A stretch of DNA of 32,227 bases. Source: a virus (lineage: Duplodnaviria > Caudoviricetes). Where the stretch lies: positions 1-32,227 of IMG/VR virus record IMGVR_UViG_3300008448_000373; one strand, 5' to 3'. The translations under genes and the position numbers were made by a program. Numbering within the stretch: position 1 is the stretch's first letter; each line of letters begins with the position of its first letter. A model generated the notes under the pieces. The model was not told the origin of the DNA. It searched no databases and saw only the letters and a program-made list of their open reading frames with translations. This document shows positions 18,601 to 25,814 of this stretch, one piece after another.

Positions 18601-18886
18601 GGAAATTAAGAACACGTTTGATGAGTTGGTGAAAGATGGTCGTAAGGCTGAGGCCAAAGAATATCTCCAAAAGAACCTTAACGACTACGCCGCGTCAGCA
18701 GTGGGCGGCAACGCTCAACAGCAGATGACTTTGATTACTCAAGCAATGAATGCAGTCAAAGCGTCCAATCTTTCTCCAGATCAGAAGCGGGCAAAGCTTG
18801 ACGAGTTGCAGGCTTTGCGTATAAAGATCGCCACGAACATCCGGGAAGTCTTCGATAAAACCACACTCCCAGCATCCCGTCCTTAA
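9623..18886 (+). CDS. Giant (3087 aa) polyvalent internal virion protein: N-terminal Gly/Ala hydrophobic helices, coiled coil, zincin HExxxH, ART-like domain, LPD38-like C-terminus
   Basis: Uninterrupted ORF with AGAGG RBS. LLHEVGVH...DELLAYAVE at ~14720-14930; WHGTG...TGEGHQAFGYGTY...GIKFFD...NYVDF at ~15119-16264; C-terminal RIPIPFEIG and KPAIENVANYSFFTGR resemble LPD38. Confidence 0.8.
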   Translation: MPQYKVEIPGQGTFNVDSPEELTDAQVYAAVRQQLRSEVSEAPQEVAAPTIGGQTKEFFKGLLPGGIGLVEQAGMGISALLPEEQEKATQQYIKEAAATAKAPFAAAPGYEDTIGRKFGEATGSIVPFLATGPFGMAGRVAGYGLGIGAGAGTQVEKSAAEGATEEQQTAATALGSVVGASEMFAPARILKRIAEPLAAGAAALVKRALMAGGEEAAQEAAAQAAQNLISKGIYKPEQEIIEQVGESAAYGGAVGALAQGLLDLALGRRVRGAPSEQPEAGETAAPPEPGAPVAPTTPEEEVPEPTLQQPVPEKDIKEPVLPGAAASFKERLDQRKQLEKAVAPYEKEQARVAALTPFDYLMEQTGEVPKPAKVKEGEGVVTADMTGLPYAMKFAKKQIEAAKYNEIEPDVSKYIEYLITKPEYADILAKQVKQLPGLNAKQSKSVLAALPSALKLRAEAEAKKTAETEKPAETLDKDLSHLEPLFNKAFEGKAPIIEVNENLMPTRNAKIVRENVNTLLQQADDVEAAYRAARRAGNRAAAVSAFAQKQIITKKLNALTEETPAGDLTAGKQKPPGEIDTRASYAREVVQLRRQQQKALEDIEVTLNTLRAGDVMGREIEPVRDPETGQITMKPVEIGKGVAGASGAVLAQRAETLRGDYINALLKEAATHRRALGKAPITVDEATKAASRVYDVVSEWIERSKAKPLPRFVEKPEFVEKIVQPAQKRAGKIIRGAVTERAYSEKPPAKAPEGQDFTTGKWEKFPTGKPNPPFVWEFIDSRPVEGRFNEIARLSDKEVKHFKAQIDNVVKDLEEIPSEVSRETPLLKQQFAGTEAQKTAEAKGETATTVGGELRRRTEFVRNLMAKPPLKPLTEETRKTLNLKLLDRAVDIMDSGKASRGLLDAVEPIVTNLAEGREVLPQDIRALDDAIKLYERTAQEGEIAGEGAAGQGQLFPETRKDIGYIRATPANFAKSPQIKPVWEALEQSRKLKAELDQKTKIDKAKAVVAINEIESLTTLVDNIKKDTKFFWADTTKWSNQALAKAFVQFPDIGKTAEEQALVDIYLKSPKSLSAADAAKVKELVSAFNTKALPQYKEKLNQAVQMLAQGERLNDVDNRLLGFMQDTNKSVREAAEAKKQALAPLQEALDRIKVALKASPVLTEAQKDALGLEGKISDQRAKYGQSVEAAIKKTNDQMVAARDAILNPQIEPVLRSLKAAGTRLEKVLDEIVNAEKTFDAMLETKGGEERLLSSPYQVESLRKNKETAEKLIDQIQEQSKIYEDLLTQKNEDFTRSSIAVQAMLDKNVKYEREYLEILEGQLAFVRGENIDAMQEKPGERRMFEKVVSTQKYPFAARRAEEAIKAQRAALESAKKRADEFKKDTADTKVKLEKTQKQAATDIADKLPGVQMSQGEVSKLKTAAEKEAEAKNKAELDLTAETIDAGRRAQIKQTQLDELNTELENLYLDFAGRAGPTDPAMLQEFARNKKKSPATRAYAQAKLDLYNKIEILEAQEDSIKTGKPFRKPRTATTPSTAALAGAKEFRSGSDAQREQRQKRVDAAIDKEYARYERLETKATMQADKEARKYAEDLFESDDYIEPSRQSYEFSRGVPSTGLTKAELEAELTAGMGEPVTGRGKEAQVNRALSVYENLDEYLSQFKDATRQKLEGQIPSDAKGFVQDGKAVLFANNIAKGEGLGVLLHEVGVHIGFRNFFNQAQYNALVKTVKSWAAREDGSMEARVGKAAMDRVKAAETPANQIDDELLAYAVEEAMKAGVEPEGVKKGSAVQNWLRMVVDAFRKALEKFGINAKNLTAGDLVNFAYGAAQLELKGTWHGTGVEFKEFDHSYMSTGEGHQAFGYGTYRAQQKGIGQNYQRIAAENQTEKWMERPDVKEWYETQAPKFTGTLPEGTPDWILDYALFEAATVSGSYITSNPYKAFKDTFKNNIKELTDLRKDGRPEAAFKDATDAEFKNKLKELENYAETADEHLVAVYDQPVYKGKPYYEIYNTNPTAGNVIHMFERLRDKNNGVAPTWKEAIEKAKVDAGIMSDSFKDTPEDRVFYDRYKQVYDTIDSLDVNDFKYNPPSGPPVPAPVGYLMRTLHTRPENEYVHWDDLADKQPPVIKAVFKRIYDSLTSPQKGFFDRAIGTSPPDRQNGQDLYQALSAVFEKSGTPSKLSDMMASEMLYAEGVAGIKFFDNPSRQTKKGTFNYVDFGDKEEGAQILGVDLEPVGKTKEMLFSRAVAPGFEDALNTANDIIAKPKTVRQRVEANLGLAFRTQVLDRLAPLEQIAKTMLDPLKGTQMMYYLRMSDQRMSFVQQAVGRGVPQLVGYKRKDGQTEYLIESKEGVNLSSVVDTLKDAPGMNAEAANKLFTLYLAGKRADRVGYNKLNFSKTEAEIRSAVKQIESNKELLGVFEKARTQYNNYNRNLMKFMESTGAMSKEVAEQLASTNDYIPYYRERNGNAELVIGGEGTFKMGSLKDQPQLKELIGGEEKIMDFLTSSVENTSIIMDIGLRNKATTNAMFELVDLGIARFVKPDSTGPNIVRFKDRGEEKAVEINTRNTDFPADLLVKGLEGIPVNNSALIRAMGVPSTFLRKAITLNPLYSLRQIFRDSVAAPLLSGADMLPIIGALKQIGASATKEKLEARGIVGGQVFTGTNEDLTTILREFQSGKMGLSQLMARAEGIAMEADASTRRAQYDSYIKQGLSEMEATLMSLESMNFNRKGLSPSVRMASTLIPFFNAQLQGLDVLYRAMTGKMPFNERLDIQGKLYRRGMLLAGTAVAYALLMQDDEAYKNANPDEKYGNFFVRIPGLKEPMRIPIPFEIGYIFKALPEAMVNIMANKQGDEEAYKAFKQIVLQTIPGGTSLFIPAAVKPAIENVANYSFFTGRSLETKREQNLEAAYRYRDNTSEIAKFIGQAGNVSPIKIENLIRGYTGSMGMALAQSFNIAMPTPKGTPEQATKRLSETAVIGPLFQPNDAGGIVGAVYDRMTEVKEIKNTFDELVKDGRKAEAKEYLQKNLNDYAASAVGGNAQQQMTLITQAMNAVKASNLSPDQKRAKLDELQALRIKIATNIREVFDKTTLPASRP

Positions 18887-19025
18887 CACCGGGTATGCCA
18901 TAAACTTTAAAGGGTTGGGGAACGGAGGCGCGTAGCCCCCGTTCCTTTATTTCCACAAGATTTAAACCGGGCACAAAGAACCCATCACCCGGCTCAAGCT
19001 TCTCCCACGGATACATTATTACCAT
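18756..19025 (-). CDS. Small hypothetical phage protein (YPWEKLEPGDGFFVP...GVWFYR)
   Basis: Probable start ATG19025 (or 19016), overlapping the primase 3' end. The PW..L..G..FFVP motif is common in small phage proteins. Confidence 0.6.
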   Translation of the reverse strand: MVIMYPWEKLEPGDGFFVPGLNLVEIKERGLRASVPQPFKVYGIPGVKDGMLGVWFYRRLPGCSWRSLYAKPATRQALPASDLEKDWTL

Positions 19026-21912
19026 TGAAGTGTTCTTCCTCAAACGTGATGTGCATTGCATTGACTCTCATGACAGGGCCGTTGGTTTTGCCTAGCATGT
19101 CTTTCTTGGTGTACTTGACGCGGAACATCTTCTCCATCTGCTTCTTGAACTCGTCGTAGCTAAAGCTCATGCTGACGCAATGCTTCTTGAGTAGCTGTTC
19201 CTCAATGTAGTACTCCCTGAACCCGTCAGCAAGCGTGCCATGCTCCACACGCCCCAACACCTTAGACCTAGTGAGCGACTTGTCAACTGACTCGCCATCT
19301 CCCCATGCAGCCAGCAATCGACCATCTGCTTTCTTGATGATGATAAAGCTGCCGTAGTTGTCGCCGGTATAAGCATTGAGCACGTCCTCGGCGGTGCGCA
19401 CACTGCCACGGATGATGCCGCGTGCTTTGTCCACAACGAGTTTCAAAGCGTTGATGACTTTCTGTACTTCCACATCAATGATGTTGGCGTAGTCTCTGCG
19501 TAACAGAATAGCAGACGCAACAATTACAGTACAGCCAGCGTGCCAGTAGCGCTCGTCGTCATCAAAGTCCATAACCTTTTTCAAATGTGCGTGCGTCTTG
19601 GCAACTACTTCCTTAGCAACATCTTGGTGCTTGGTCAGCCATCTCACCCACGCTTCACCGGCCACGCCATAGTGACGCTTTATGTCCAGCAGGACTTCAC
19701 GCTCTTTAGGAGTCCACACCAGCTTTATGTTTGGGTTCCACTCCAGCATACGCAGAAGCTCACCGTTTGAACTAAACTTCCTTGCGCCAGCCATGTAGTC
19801 GGTCAGGCTTTCGTTGGAGGTCATGGTGCAGGTGGTTTTCCAAGACGTGTTGTTGAGACGCTCCTTGTTGGCTCCCGCCTCCATACGCTCCTTGCCCTGC
19901 GCTTCAGCAAAGTCAAAGATAAACACTGGTGCCCATTCCATGTTGGCACGTTGGGTGTTGGTAATCTCGTCCACAAGCAGAGGCATACTGTTGAGCAAGC
20001 CAGCGCGTTGTTGCATGGCTACTGGGGATGTGCCTTTGCCTGTCCTATACCTCAGGGGGTGACCCCACACACCAGCCTTGGCGCTCAGAACCAGCGACTT
20101 ACCAGTACCAGATTCCCTAGAGCCAATGTGCCACACAAAACCTTCGTACTCGGTAAACCGCATCAATGACGCACCAAACGAGTCTAGACACACAGCCAGC
20201 GCCGTCTCCATGTTGGGCTTGTCCACAAAGATGGTCTGCCACATCTTCTTCCATGTCTGCAAGTCACCATCGCTGTTGGTGTTGCGGTTGATGTTCTCCA
20301 GACCGGGCATGGGGATGCGTGTCTCTCTGCCGTCACTGGTGAACACACGATTGTTGTAGACAAAGCTGTTGTCTTCCTGCCAGCCGCATTGATAGGGCAC
20401 GACGATGGGCTTCTTGGCCTGCGATGCCTCACCCACACAAGCACGCACATACTCATAAAGCTGTTTGTCGTAGCCTGCAAAGGTGGACACGATGTTCTGA
20501 CTGGCTAACCACTTGAGTGTCTCGTCCCTACTGACAATAGATTTCTGTGGGAAGTTCAACGTCAGCACACCTTCAGGACGCACAGCGGCCATGTGAACCA
20601 AGTGATCGCTCTCCATCTTGAGCAGATCAACCACAAACAAGTCGTAAGGAACAAGCTGGATGGTCTTCTTACTTTTCTTGCCCTCCTCGTCTGCCTCCTC
20701 CTTGACGAAGTACACACCGCCGTTCTCGCCGTAGCTGTAACCCCTTGGTGGGAGTGGGCGTCTTACTGCGGGTATGTTGTCGGGGTCGTCGCTCTCCTCA
20801 CTCTCGTCCAGCGCAAAGAACTCCTCCTCAACAAACTCCTCGCTGACAGTTGACAGAGGAATTACTTTCTCTGTGTTGTCTGCTTTGAGTTCCCGCCCCA
20901 GTATCAACGGGTTGGTGATCTTGCCCCAGTGTGGACAACCTGTGCATATCCCGGGATTGAGTGAGTCCATCGCCACGCAGGAGTACGGCCCTTTGATCTC
21001 AGACAACTTTTGTTGCATCCGATCTAGCGGGTATGGGTGCATCTCTGACAGCCACACAGCCTTTTCATCGCCGTCATTGCAGACCTTGGCCCAAGAGAGC
21101 AGACCGCGCCATACAGGTTCCTTGCCGTCATCCTGCGCCGTGTTGAGATAGTCCACAACCTGACCGCACTTCGACTCAAAGCTGGCAAACAGCGTGGTGC
21201 TGTTCTCAATGAGCTTGACTTGCGCCTTGGTCATTGCCTTTGAGGGACGTGCGCCCGGCAGGGAAAGTGTCTCGACCCTTTGTATTGGCTTAGCTTTTTC
21301 AACAAGGTGTTTGTCGATGAGCGCCGCAATGTCTTCAAACTTAAAGATGTCGCCCTCGGCCAGCAGTTTTACTGGCATTGGCTTGCTGTACTTCTTCTTG
21401 TGATTGAAAGTTTCTGGGAAGCGCATTACCCTTGCGGAGTCAGACGTCACCGACATGTCAATAGACATTTTCTCCTGCGCACACAGACGTTTCAAGTTGT
21501 CAGCAACAGGTTTCCAAACATCAGTTGGCAGTTCTTCTGTCAGAGGCCAATAACAATGCAGTCCACCCCCTGAAGACACAATCCACGGCTTGCCTAGTTC
21601 AGACAAGCCAACCTTCTCCATAAAGGCATCCAACGCAAGGGCGGCGGCTTTCTTGGACTCGTACCCATCCATGTCAATGAAGAACGCTTTGATCTTCAGC
21701 GTGTTCTCTGCCGTGCGCTTACCTACCTTTGCAAAAGTGGATAAAGCAAAGAAAATGTTGTAGTCGGCTTTGTTCCAGCGGTCTACATGAGGGAGTAAGT
21801 CCTCAAGTTTTTCAACAAAGGCATGTTCGTTCTTTCTGGTAAGTTCGACCGCGCAGTAGTACCCCGTACCCGGAGACGGAAGAACCACCGCTAGAAATTC
21901 AAGCGGAGTCAT
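18994..21912 (-). CDS. Primase-helicase: AEP/RepB-type primase, Cys-rich domain and DUF927-like P-loop helicase
   Basis: FFIDMDG (DxD), SSGGGLHCYW, DSARVMRFP; GPYSC...CTGCPHWG; Walker A GSRESGTGKS and Walker B LLVDE. Confidence 0.85.
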   Translation of the reverse strand: MTPLEFLAVVLPSPGTGYYCAVELTRKNEHAFVEKLEDLLPHVDRWNKADYNIFFALSTFAKVGKRTAENTLKIKAFFIDMDGYESKKAAALALDAFMEKVGLSELGKPWIVSSGGGLHCYWPLTEELPTDVWKPVADNLKRLCAQEKMSIDMSVTSDSARVMRFPETFNHKKKYSKPMPVKLLAEGDIFKFEDIAALIDKHLVEKAKPIQRVETLSLPGARPSKAMTKAQVKLIENSTTLFASFESKCGQVVDYLNTAQDDGKEPVWRGLLSWAKVCNDGDEKAVWLSEMHPYPLDRMQQKLSEIKGPYSCVAMDSLNPGICTGCPHWGKITNPLILGRELKADNTEKVIPLSTVSEEFVEEEFFALDESEESDDPDNIPAVRRPLPPRGYSYGENGGVYFVKEEADEEGKKSKKTIQLVPYDLFVVDLLKMESDHLVHMAAVRPEGVLTLNFPQKSIVSRDETLKWLASQNIVSTFAGYDKQLYEYVRACVGEASQAKKPIVVPYQCGWQEDNSFVYNNRVFTSDGRETRIPMPGLENINRNTNSDGDLQTWKKMWQTIFVDKPNMETALAVCLDSFGASLMRFTEYEGFVWHIGSRESGTGKSLVLSAKAGVWGHPLRYRTGKGTSPVAMQQRAGLLNSMPLLVDEITNTQRANMEWAPVFIFDFAEAQGKERMEAGANKERLNNTSWKTTCTMTSNESLTDYMAGARKFSSNGELLRMLEWNPNIKLVWTPKEREVLLDIKRHYGVAGEAWVRWLTKHQDVAKEVVAKTHAHLKKVMDFDDDERYWHAGCTVIVASAILLRRDYANIIDVEVQKVINALKLVVDKARGIIRGSVRTAEDVLNAYTGDNYGSFIIIKKADGRLLAAWGDGESVDKSLTRSKVLGRVEHGTLADGFREYYIEEQLLKKHCVSMSFSYDEFKKQMEKMFRVKYTKKDMLGKTNGPVMRVNAMHITFEEEHFNGNNVSVGEA

Positions 21913-21926
21913 ATCTGTCCTTTGGG

Positions 21927-22136
21927 TTATTTGAAGTCGTCTGTCGCGTGGTCTACGCCTTGGGCAAAGCCGTCCTCAAAGCCTTCGTGAAAAGCCTTCT
22001 CTTTGCTGTCAATAAGTTCAGCCGTGCGTTCCACAAGCACCTCAATCCAATCAGGGGTAACTTTGTCAAAACCAATGATGTAGATATAGCGCAGAAGTTC
22101 GTTGTTGCTCAGTTGTCGAGGCTGAATACTTTGCAT
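21927..22136 (-). CDS. Hypothetical protein
   Basis: ATG22136 preceded by GGAG; MQSIQPRQLSNNELLRY...; overlaps the HTH gene end. Confidence 0.6.
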   Translation of the reverse strand: MQSIQPRQLSNNELLRYIYIIGFDKVTPDWIEVLVERTAELIDSKEKAFHEGFEDGFAQGVDHATDDFK

Positions 22137-22387
22137 GTTTTTCTCCAAGCCTCGTCGGCGCTACTAGATGTTTGCAGGATTTTGAGAAGCGAACTGACAA
22201 CAGGCCGGTACGCTACGAAGACTTCACCACCACCGAACCAGTTGTAAACAGACTGCCGTGAAGCGCCTGTTGCCTTGGCTATTTTGATGACTGGGAAATT
22301 GTGATGGACAGCCCAGCGCCCGAGTTGGTTGCCCAACGTCTTTGGCGCTTTCATGACCATGTTGATTGTTTGAGTTGAGTAAGCCAT
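22109..22387 (-). CDS. HTH DNA-binding protein (Cro/XRE-like)
   Basis: VIKIAKATGASRQSVYNWFGG is a canonical HTH signature. Confidence 0.8.
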   Translation of the reverse strand: MAYSTQTINMVMKAPKTLGNQLGRWAVHHNFPVIKIAKATGASRQSVYNWFGGGEVFVAYRPVVSSLLKILQTSSSADEAWRKTCKVFSLDN

Positions 22388-22394
22388 TTTGATA

Positions 22395-22408
22395 GGGGCT
22401 TGCGCCCC
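22395..22408 (-). promoter_or_regulatory. GNRA hairpin GGGGC-GCAA-GCCCC in the 30-nt gap between the SSB stop and HTH start
   Basis: Perfect 5-bp GC stem with GCAA loop on the - strand; no U-tract follows. Confidence 0.55.
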
Positions 22409-22417
22409 ACCCCTTTC

Positions 22418-23377
22418 TTACTCGTCCCAATCGTCAACCATTGCCGCCAAGGATGACTTCTTGGCAGGCACGGCACTAGGCTTCTTCTCTTCCTTGCGGA
22501 CAGTAGGCTCTTCGCTCTCGTCTTCAGCAACAGGCTCGGCCTTGGCTTTCTTAGCTTTGGGTGCGGGTGCTGGCGCTTCTTCCTCTTCTTCAGCCGCCAC
22601 CTTAACGGTTGGGCGCTTGCCGCCAATAGCTAAAGGAGCCGCCACATTGTCCATCTTGGCAACAGACATGGTGATAGCTTTCTGTGCCTCAGGGGTCTGA
22701 CCTTTCTCCACAATGTTGGGGTACTCGTCATCGTTCAACCAGCGCATAGCCTTAAAGAACAGCTTGGGGGACTCTGACTTGGTATCAAACTTCAAGCGTG
22801 TCACAACCTCGCTGGGGTCAACAGGGTTGGGGGTCTGCGCCAACAAGAAGCGAGCGTAGGCTTGCAGGGGGCGGTTGTCACCTTCTTCTTTACCAAAGAT
22901 TGACTTGGCTGGCAGAGTCAGTTGCAGTACATCTCCCTCCATGTCGTTGGCAAGAACCACAGCAACGCGTTGTTGAAAGCGGCAAGCACGGCTGTTATTT
23001 TGACCGGAACCGGCGACATTCTGAGCGCAGTCCGCGCAGGTGGCGGCTTGTTTGTTGGATGCGTCAGCGCTTGGCTTTTTACCATCGCTAGACCAGCAGT
23101 CAGGCGCATTGGATTCGCCGTCATAAGACTTCATGTAGAACACACGTCCGATGTCGGGTGCAGCCGCGACAATCACCACATCAAGGTAGCGTTCTTCGAT
23201 AGCGGCAACTTCTTTGCCAGCGCTATACAAACGGAACACACCGCCTTTGATTGAGATGCGTTTGCCGCCATCACTACCGCCACTGCCAGCGAGGGCTTTG
23301 GCTACAGCAGACAGACCTGTGCGGTTTTTTACAAATGCAGGAACCGCGTCCTGATTAAAAATGGTCACGTTACTCAC
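22418..23377 (-). CDS. Probable single-stranded DNA-binding protein with Cys cluster
   Basis: GTG start with AGGAG; beta-rich core, CWSSDG...CADCAQN...RACR, flexible A/E/K/P linker and acidic-aromatic tail VDDWDE typical of phage SSBs; replication-module context. Confidence 0.65.
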   Translation of the reverse strand: MSNVTIFNQDAVPAFVKNRTGLSAVAKALAGSGGSDGGKRISIKGGVFRLYSAGKEVAAIEERYLDVVIVAAAPDIGRVFYMKSYDGESNAPDCWSSDGKKPSADASNKQAATCADCAQNVAGSGQNNSRACRFQQRVAVVLANDMEGDVLQLTLPAKSIFGKEEGDNRPLQAYARFLLAQTPNPVDPSEVVTRLKFDTKSESPKLFFKAMRWLNDDEYPNIVEKGQTPEAQKAITMSVAKMDNVAAPLAIGGKRPTVKVAAEEEEEAPAPAPKAKKAKAEPVAEDESEEPTVRKEEKKPSAVPAKKSSLAAMVDDWDE

Positions 23378-23393
23378 GTTATATTTCTCCTGA

Positions 23394-23843
23394 TTACTTG
23401 GTTGGTTTACGAACAGAGATTGCGTACTCAGATACTGAGTTCAATCCGGGGGGTACGAGGCCGGGGTTCTCTTCAAGGAATGTCGACATGTTGGTCTGCG
23501 CGATGCGCTTCTCAAGCAAGTCAACTGCTTCGTGCTGAAGCACAAAGGTCTTGAACGAGTCCCAGTCTTGTGTGTTGTAGCGTGTCTTGGTAGACAGCAC
23601 CACAGTGCCTTGGTCAGTGCGCACAGAGGACACGCCTAGTGCAAGCATCTGATCTTTGAGTGCAATCTTTACGGTGTCTTGTTGCCGCTTTAATTCCTCA
23701 ACTTCATTTTCGTACGCTTGAGTTAGCTCTTGAATTCGAGCCGCCATCTTGCGGTACACCTTAGCCAGTTTGTCCATTGGAATGGCGGCTAATTCTTTGC
23801 TCTCCTCTACGGGAGGCGCTTCATCATCTATGACTGAGGTCAT
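23394..23843 (-). CDS. Coiled-coil phage protein (Gam/gp157-like architecture)
   Basis: Long helix, SVRTDQGTV strands, DWDSF and VPPGL near the C-terminus; sits next to the SSB gene. Confidence 0.55.
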   Translation of the reverse strand: MTSVIDDEAPPVEESKELAAIPMDKLAKVYRKMAARIQELTQAYENEVEELKRQQDTVKIALKDQMLALGVSSVRTDQGTVVLSTKTRYNTQDWDSFKTFVLQHEAVDLLEKRIAQTNMSTFLEENPGLVPPGLNSVSEYAISVRKPTK

Positions 23844-23875
23844 TTACTTCTCCTATTTTTTGTCTAAGGTTTAAC

Positions 23876-23903
23876 ATCATACACGGAACAAATTCTCATG
23901 CAA
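23876..23903 (-). promoter_or_regulatory. Putative sigma70-like promoter TTGCAT-N16-TATGAT
   Basis: In the 68-nt intergenic gap: -35 at 23903-23898 and -10 at 23881-23876, upstream of an AGGAG RBS. Confidence 0.45.
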
Positions 23904-23911
23904 CTCCTTTC

Positions 23912-25474
23912 TTAAATATTTTTTACTTCACTATCAAACATGCCGACAAGCAACGCGTGGTCAGTAACTTTAGCGGCCATTGCCTTGAATAGTTTTTTCT
24001 CAATGGGGCTTGACTCAATGTGTACCACAGTAACTTTGTCAGAGTCTTGACCTTTGCGATCTGCGCGAGCAATACATTGTGTATACATCTCAACAGACAT
24101 CAGAGGCCCAAAGAATACAACTGTGTCAGCGGCAGTCAGGGTAATCCCGTGGGCAGTTGCTTGGGGTTGCAACACGAGCACGCGTATCTTGTCAGTAGTC
24201 TGAAAGTCCGCAATTATCTGACCGCGTTTTGTTGCTGTAACGTCGCCATGAATCTGCCCCACGGCAAAGCCATTGCCTGACAAGTGCCGCACGATAGACT
24301 CAATGCTTGACCTGAACAGCGCAAAGATGATGACCTTCCTCTGTGTCTCCTCAAGCACCTCGTCCAACACATTGAGGCGTGGGGACGCATCGAACTCCAC
24401 AACTTCTTTGTCGTCTGTATACGCCGCACCGCAGGATATTTGTAGCAACTTGTTTACAGCAACACCGGCATTGACTGCGCTGATTGTCTCCCCCGCCGCA
24501 CGCACCATCATCTGCTCTTTGAGTAGGCGGTAGTATTTGTTTTGCTGGGGTGTCATGGGCACCTCACGCGTCACCGTGATAACAGGTGGTAGGTCAAGGC
24601 ACTGATCTTTTGTAAAACGTATTGCCGGTTGAAGCACTTCGTACACCATGTCGCGTGCGTTGGCTTTGGGTGCCCACTTGAACATGCTGATCTTGTTCAT
24701 CACCTTGTCGCGCCATGCAGTCTGGAACTTGGGCACGCCTGTGGGGTTGACCAGCCGAGCTAAGCCATACGCATCCACAGGAGACTGTGAGGCAGGAGTG
24801 CCGGTCATCATCCACAGATGTGTGTCGGGTCTGATGATTGATGCCAACGCCTTCCATCGCCGCGTAGATGGGTTCTTGTATGCGTTTGCCTCATCGACAA
24901 TCACAAGGTCAAAACGCCCATCATTGATGATCTCAGAGGCAATCAGGTTGAGTCCATCGTAGTTGGCAATGACGAACTCGTAGTCTTGTTGAATCATCTC
25001 TATACGCCGTGATGCCTGTTGATGGTGCGCGACCACGGCGCTTCTGTGAATGATGCTTCGGTTGATGTCGCCCATCCATGCGCTGTGCATGATGGACAGG
25101 GGGCACAATATCAACACCCTGCGCACCTCGCCCTTGTTCATCAAGTAGTCTGCCGCCCACAAGGCAGAGAGCGTCTTACCAGTTCCGGGGTCGTTAAAAC
25201 AGAACGATCTGCGGTTCAGAGTCATGAACGCGGAGGTTTCTATTTGGTGAGCCATTGGTATAAACTTGCCCGGCCAGTGGTAGCGCTTAGTGATGGGCGA
25301 CGGCACATCTTTGACGCCAAGATTTTTGAGCACGCGTGTCTCATCAAGTCCCCAGTACACAGCCACTTGATATACGCCGTCTTCATGACCAAGTACTTTG
25401 TGTTTGGGGATGATGCTGTATTTGTTGGGGTTGCGTGTGCGCAGTATCAGCGCTTTGTTGTCAACGATTTCCAT
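23912..25474 (-). CDS. SNF2-family (SF2) helicase
   Basis: DPGTGKT (motif I), VIVDEA (II), MTGTP (III), HGITLTAA (V), QCIARADRKGQ (VI). Start at ATG25474 in a TAATG overlap. Confidence 0.9.
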   Translation of the reverse strand: MEIVDNKALILRTRNPNKYSIIPKHKVLGHEDGVYQVAVYWGLDETRVLKNLGVKDVPSPITKRYHWPGKFIPMAHQIETSAFMTLNRRSFCFNDPGTGKTLSALWAADYLMNKGEVRRVLILCPLSIMHSAWMGDINRSIIHRSAVVAHHQQASRRIEMIQQDYEFVIANYDGLNLIASEIINDGRFDLVIVDEANAYKNPSTRRWKALASIIRPDTHLWMMTGTPASQSPVDAYGLARLVNPTGVPKFQTAWRDKVMNKISMFKWAPKANARDMVYEVLQPAIRFTKDQCLDLPPVITVTREVPMTPQQNKYYRLLKEQMMVRAAGETISAVNAGVAVNKLLQISCGAAYTDDKEVVEFDASPRLNVLDEVLEETQRKVIIFALFRSSIESIVRHLSGNGFAVGQIHGDVTATKRGQIIADFQTTDKIRVLVLQPQATAHGITLTAADTVVFFGPLMSVEMYTQCIARADRKGQDSDKVTVVHIESSPIEKKLFKAMAAKVTDHALLVGMFDSEVKNI

Positions 25475-25800
25475 TACGCATCTTCCCTCAACCGCGCCCA
25501 CGGCGTGTTGCTTTCTCTGAACTCAATCTCTTCCATCAGTTTGTTTCTGTGAAGTCTTGATGATGCGTCCATCCAAAACTCATCATCTATTTCAGATACA
25601 TCAACCCACAAGTCTCCGTACTTTGCTCTCCACATATTTGCCAGTGTTGATAGCGGCACGATATATGCTTCACGCGTATTGGGGTTGTCTACTTTCATAC
25701 CGGCGTATGGTTTTCTTGGTCTTATCACTTCTCTTGCATAAACGGACATGTCTTCTAAGTCTTCTGTCAGTTGTTGACCAAGCGTTTTCATCTTTCCCAT
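25474..25800 (-). CDS. Hypothetical protein, paralog B
   Basis: AGGAGAAGCAA-ATG at 25800; shares a C-terminal domain with the upstream gene. Confidence 0.7.
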   Translation of the reverse strand: MGKMKTLGQQLTEDLEDMSVYAREVIRPRKPYAGMKVDNPNTREAYIVPLSTLANMWRAKYGDLWVDVSEIDDEFWMDASSRLHRNKLMEEIEFRESNTPWARLREDA

Positions 25801-25814
25801 TTGCTTCTCCTGTT

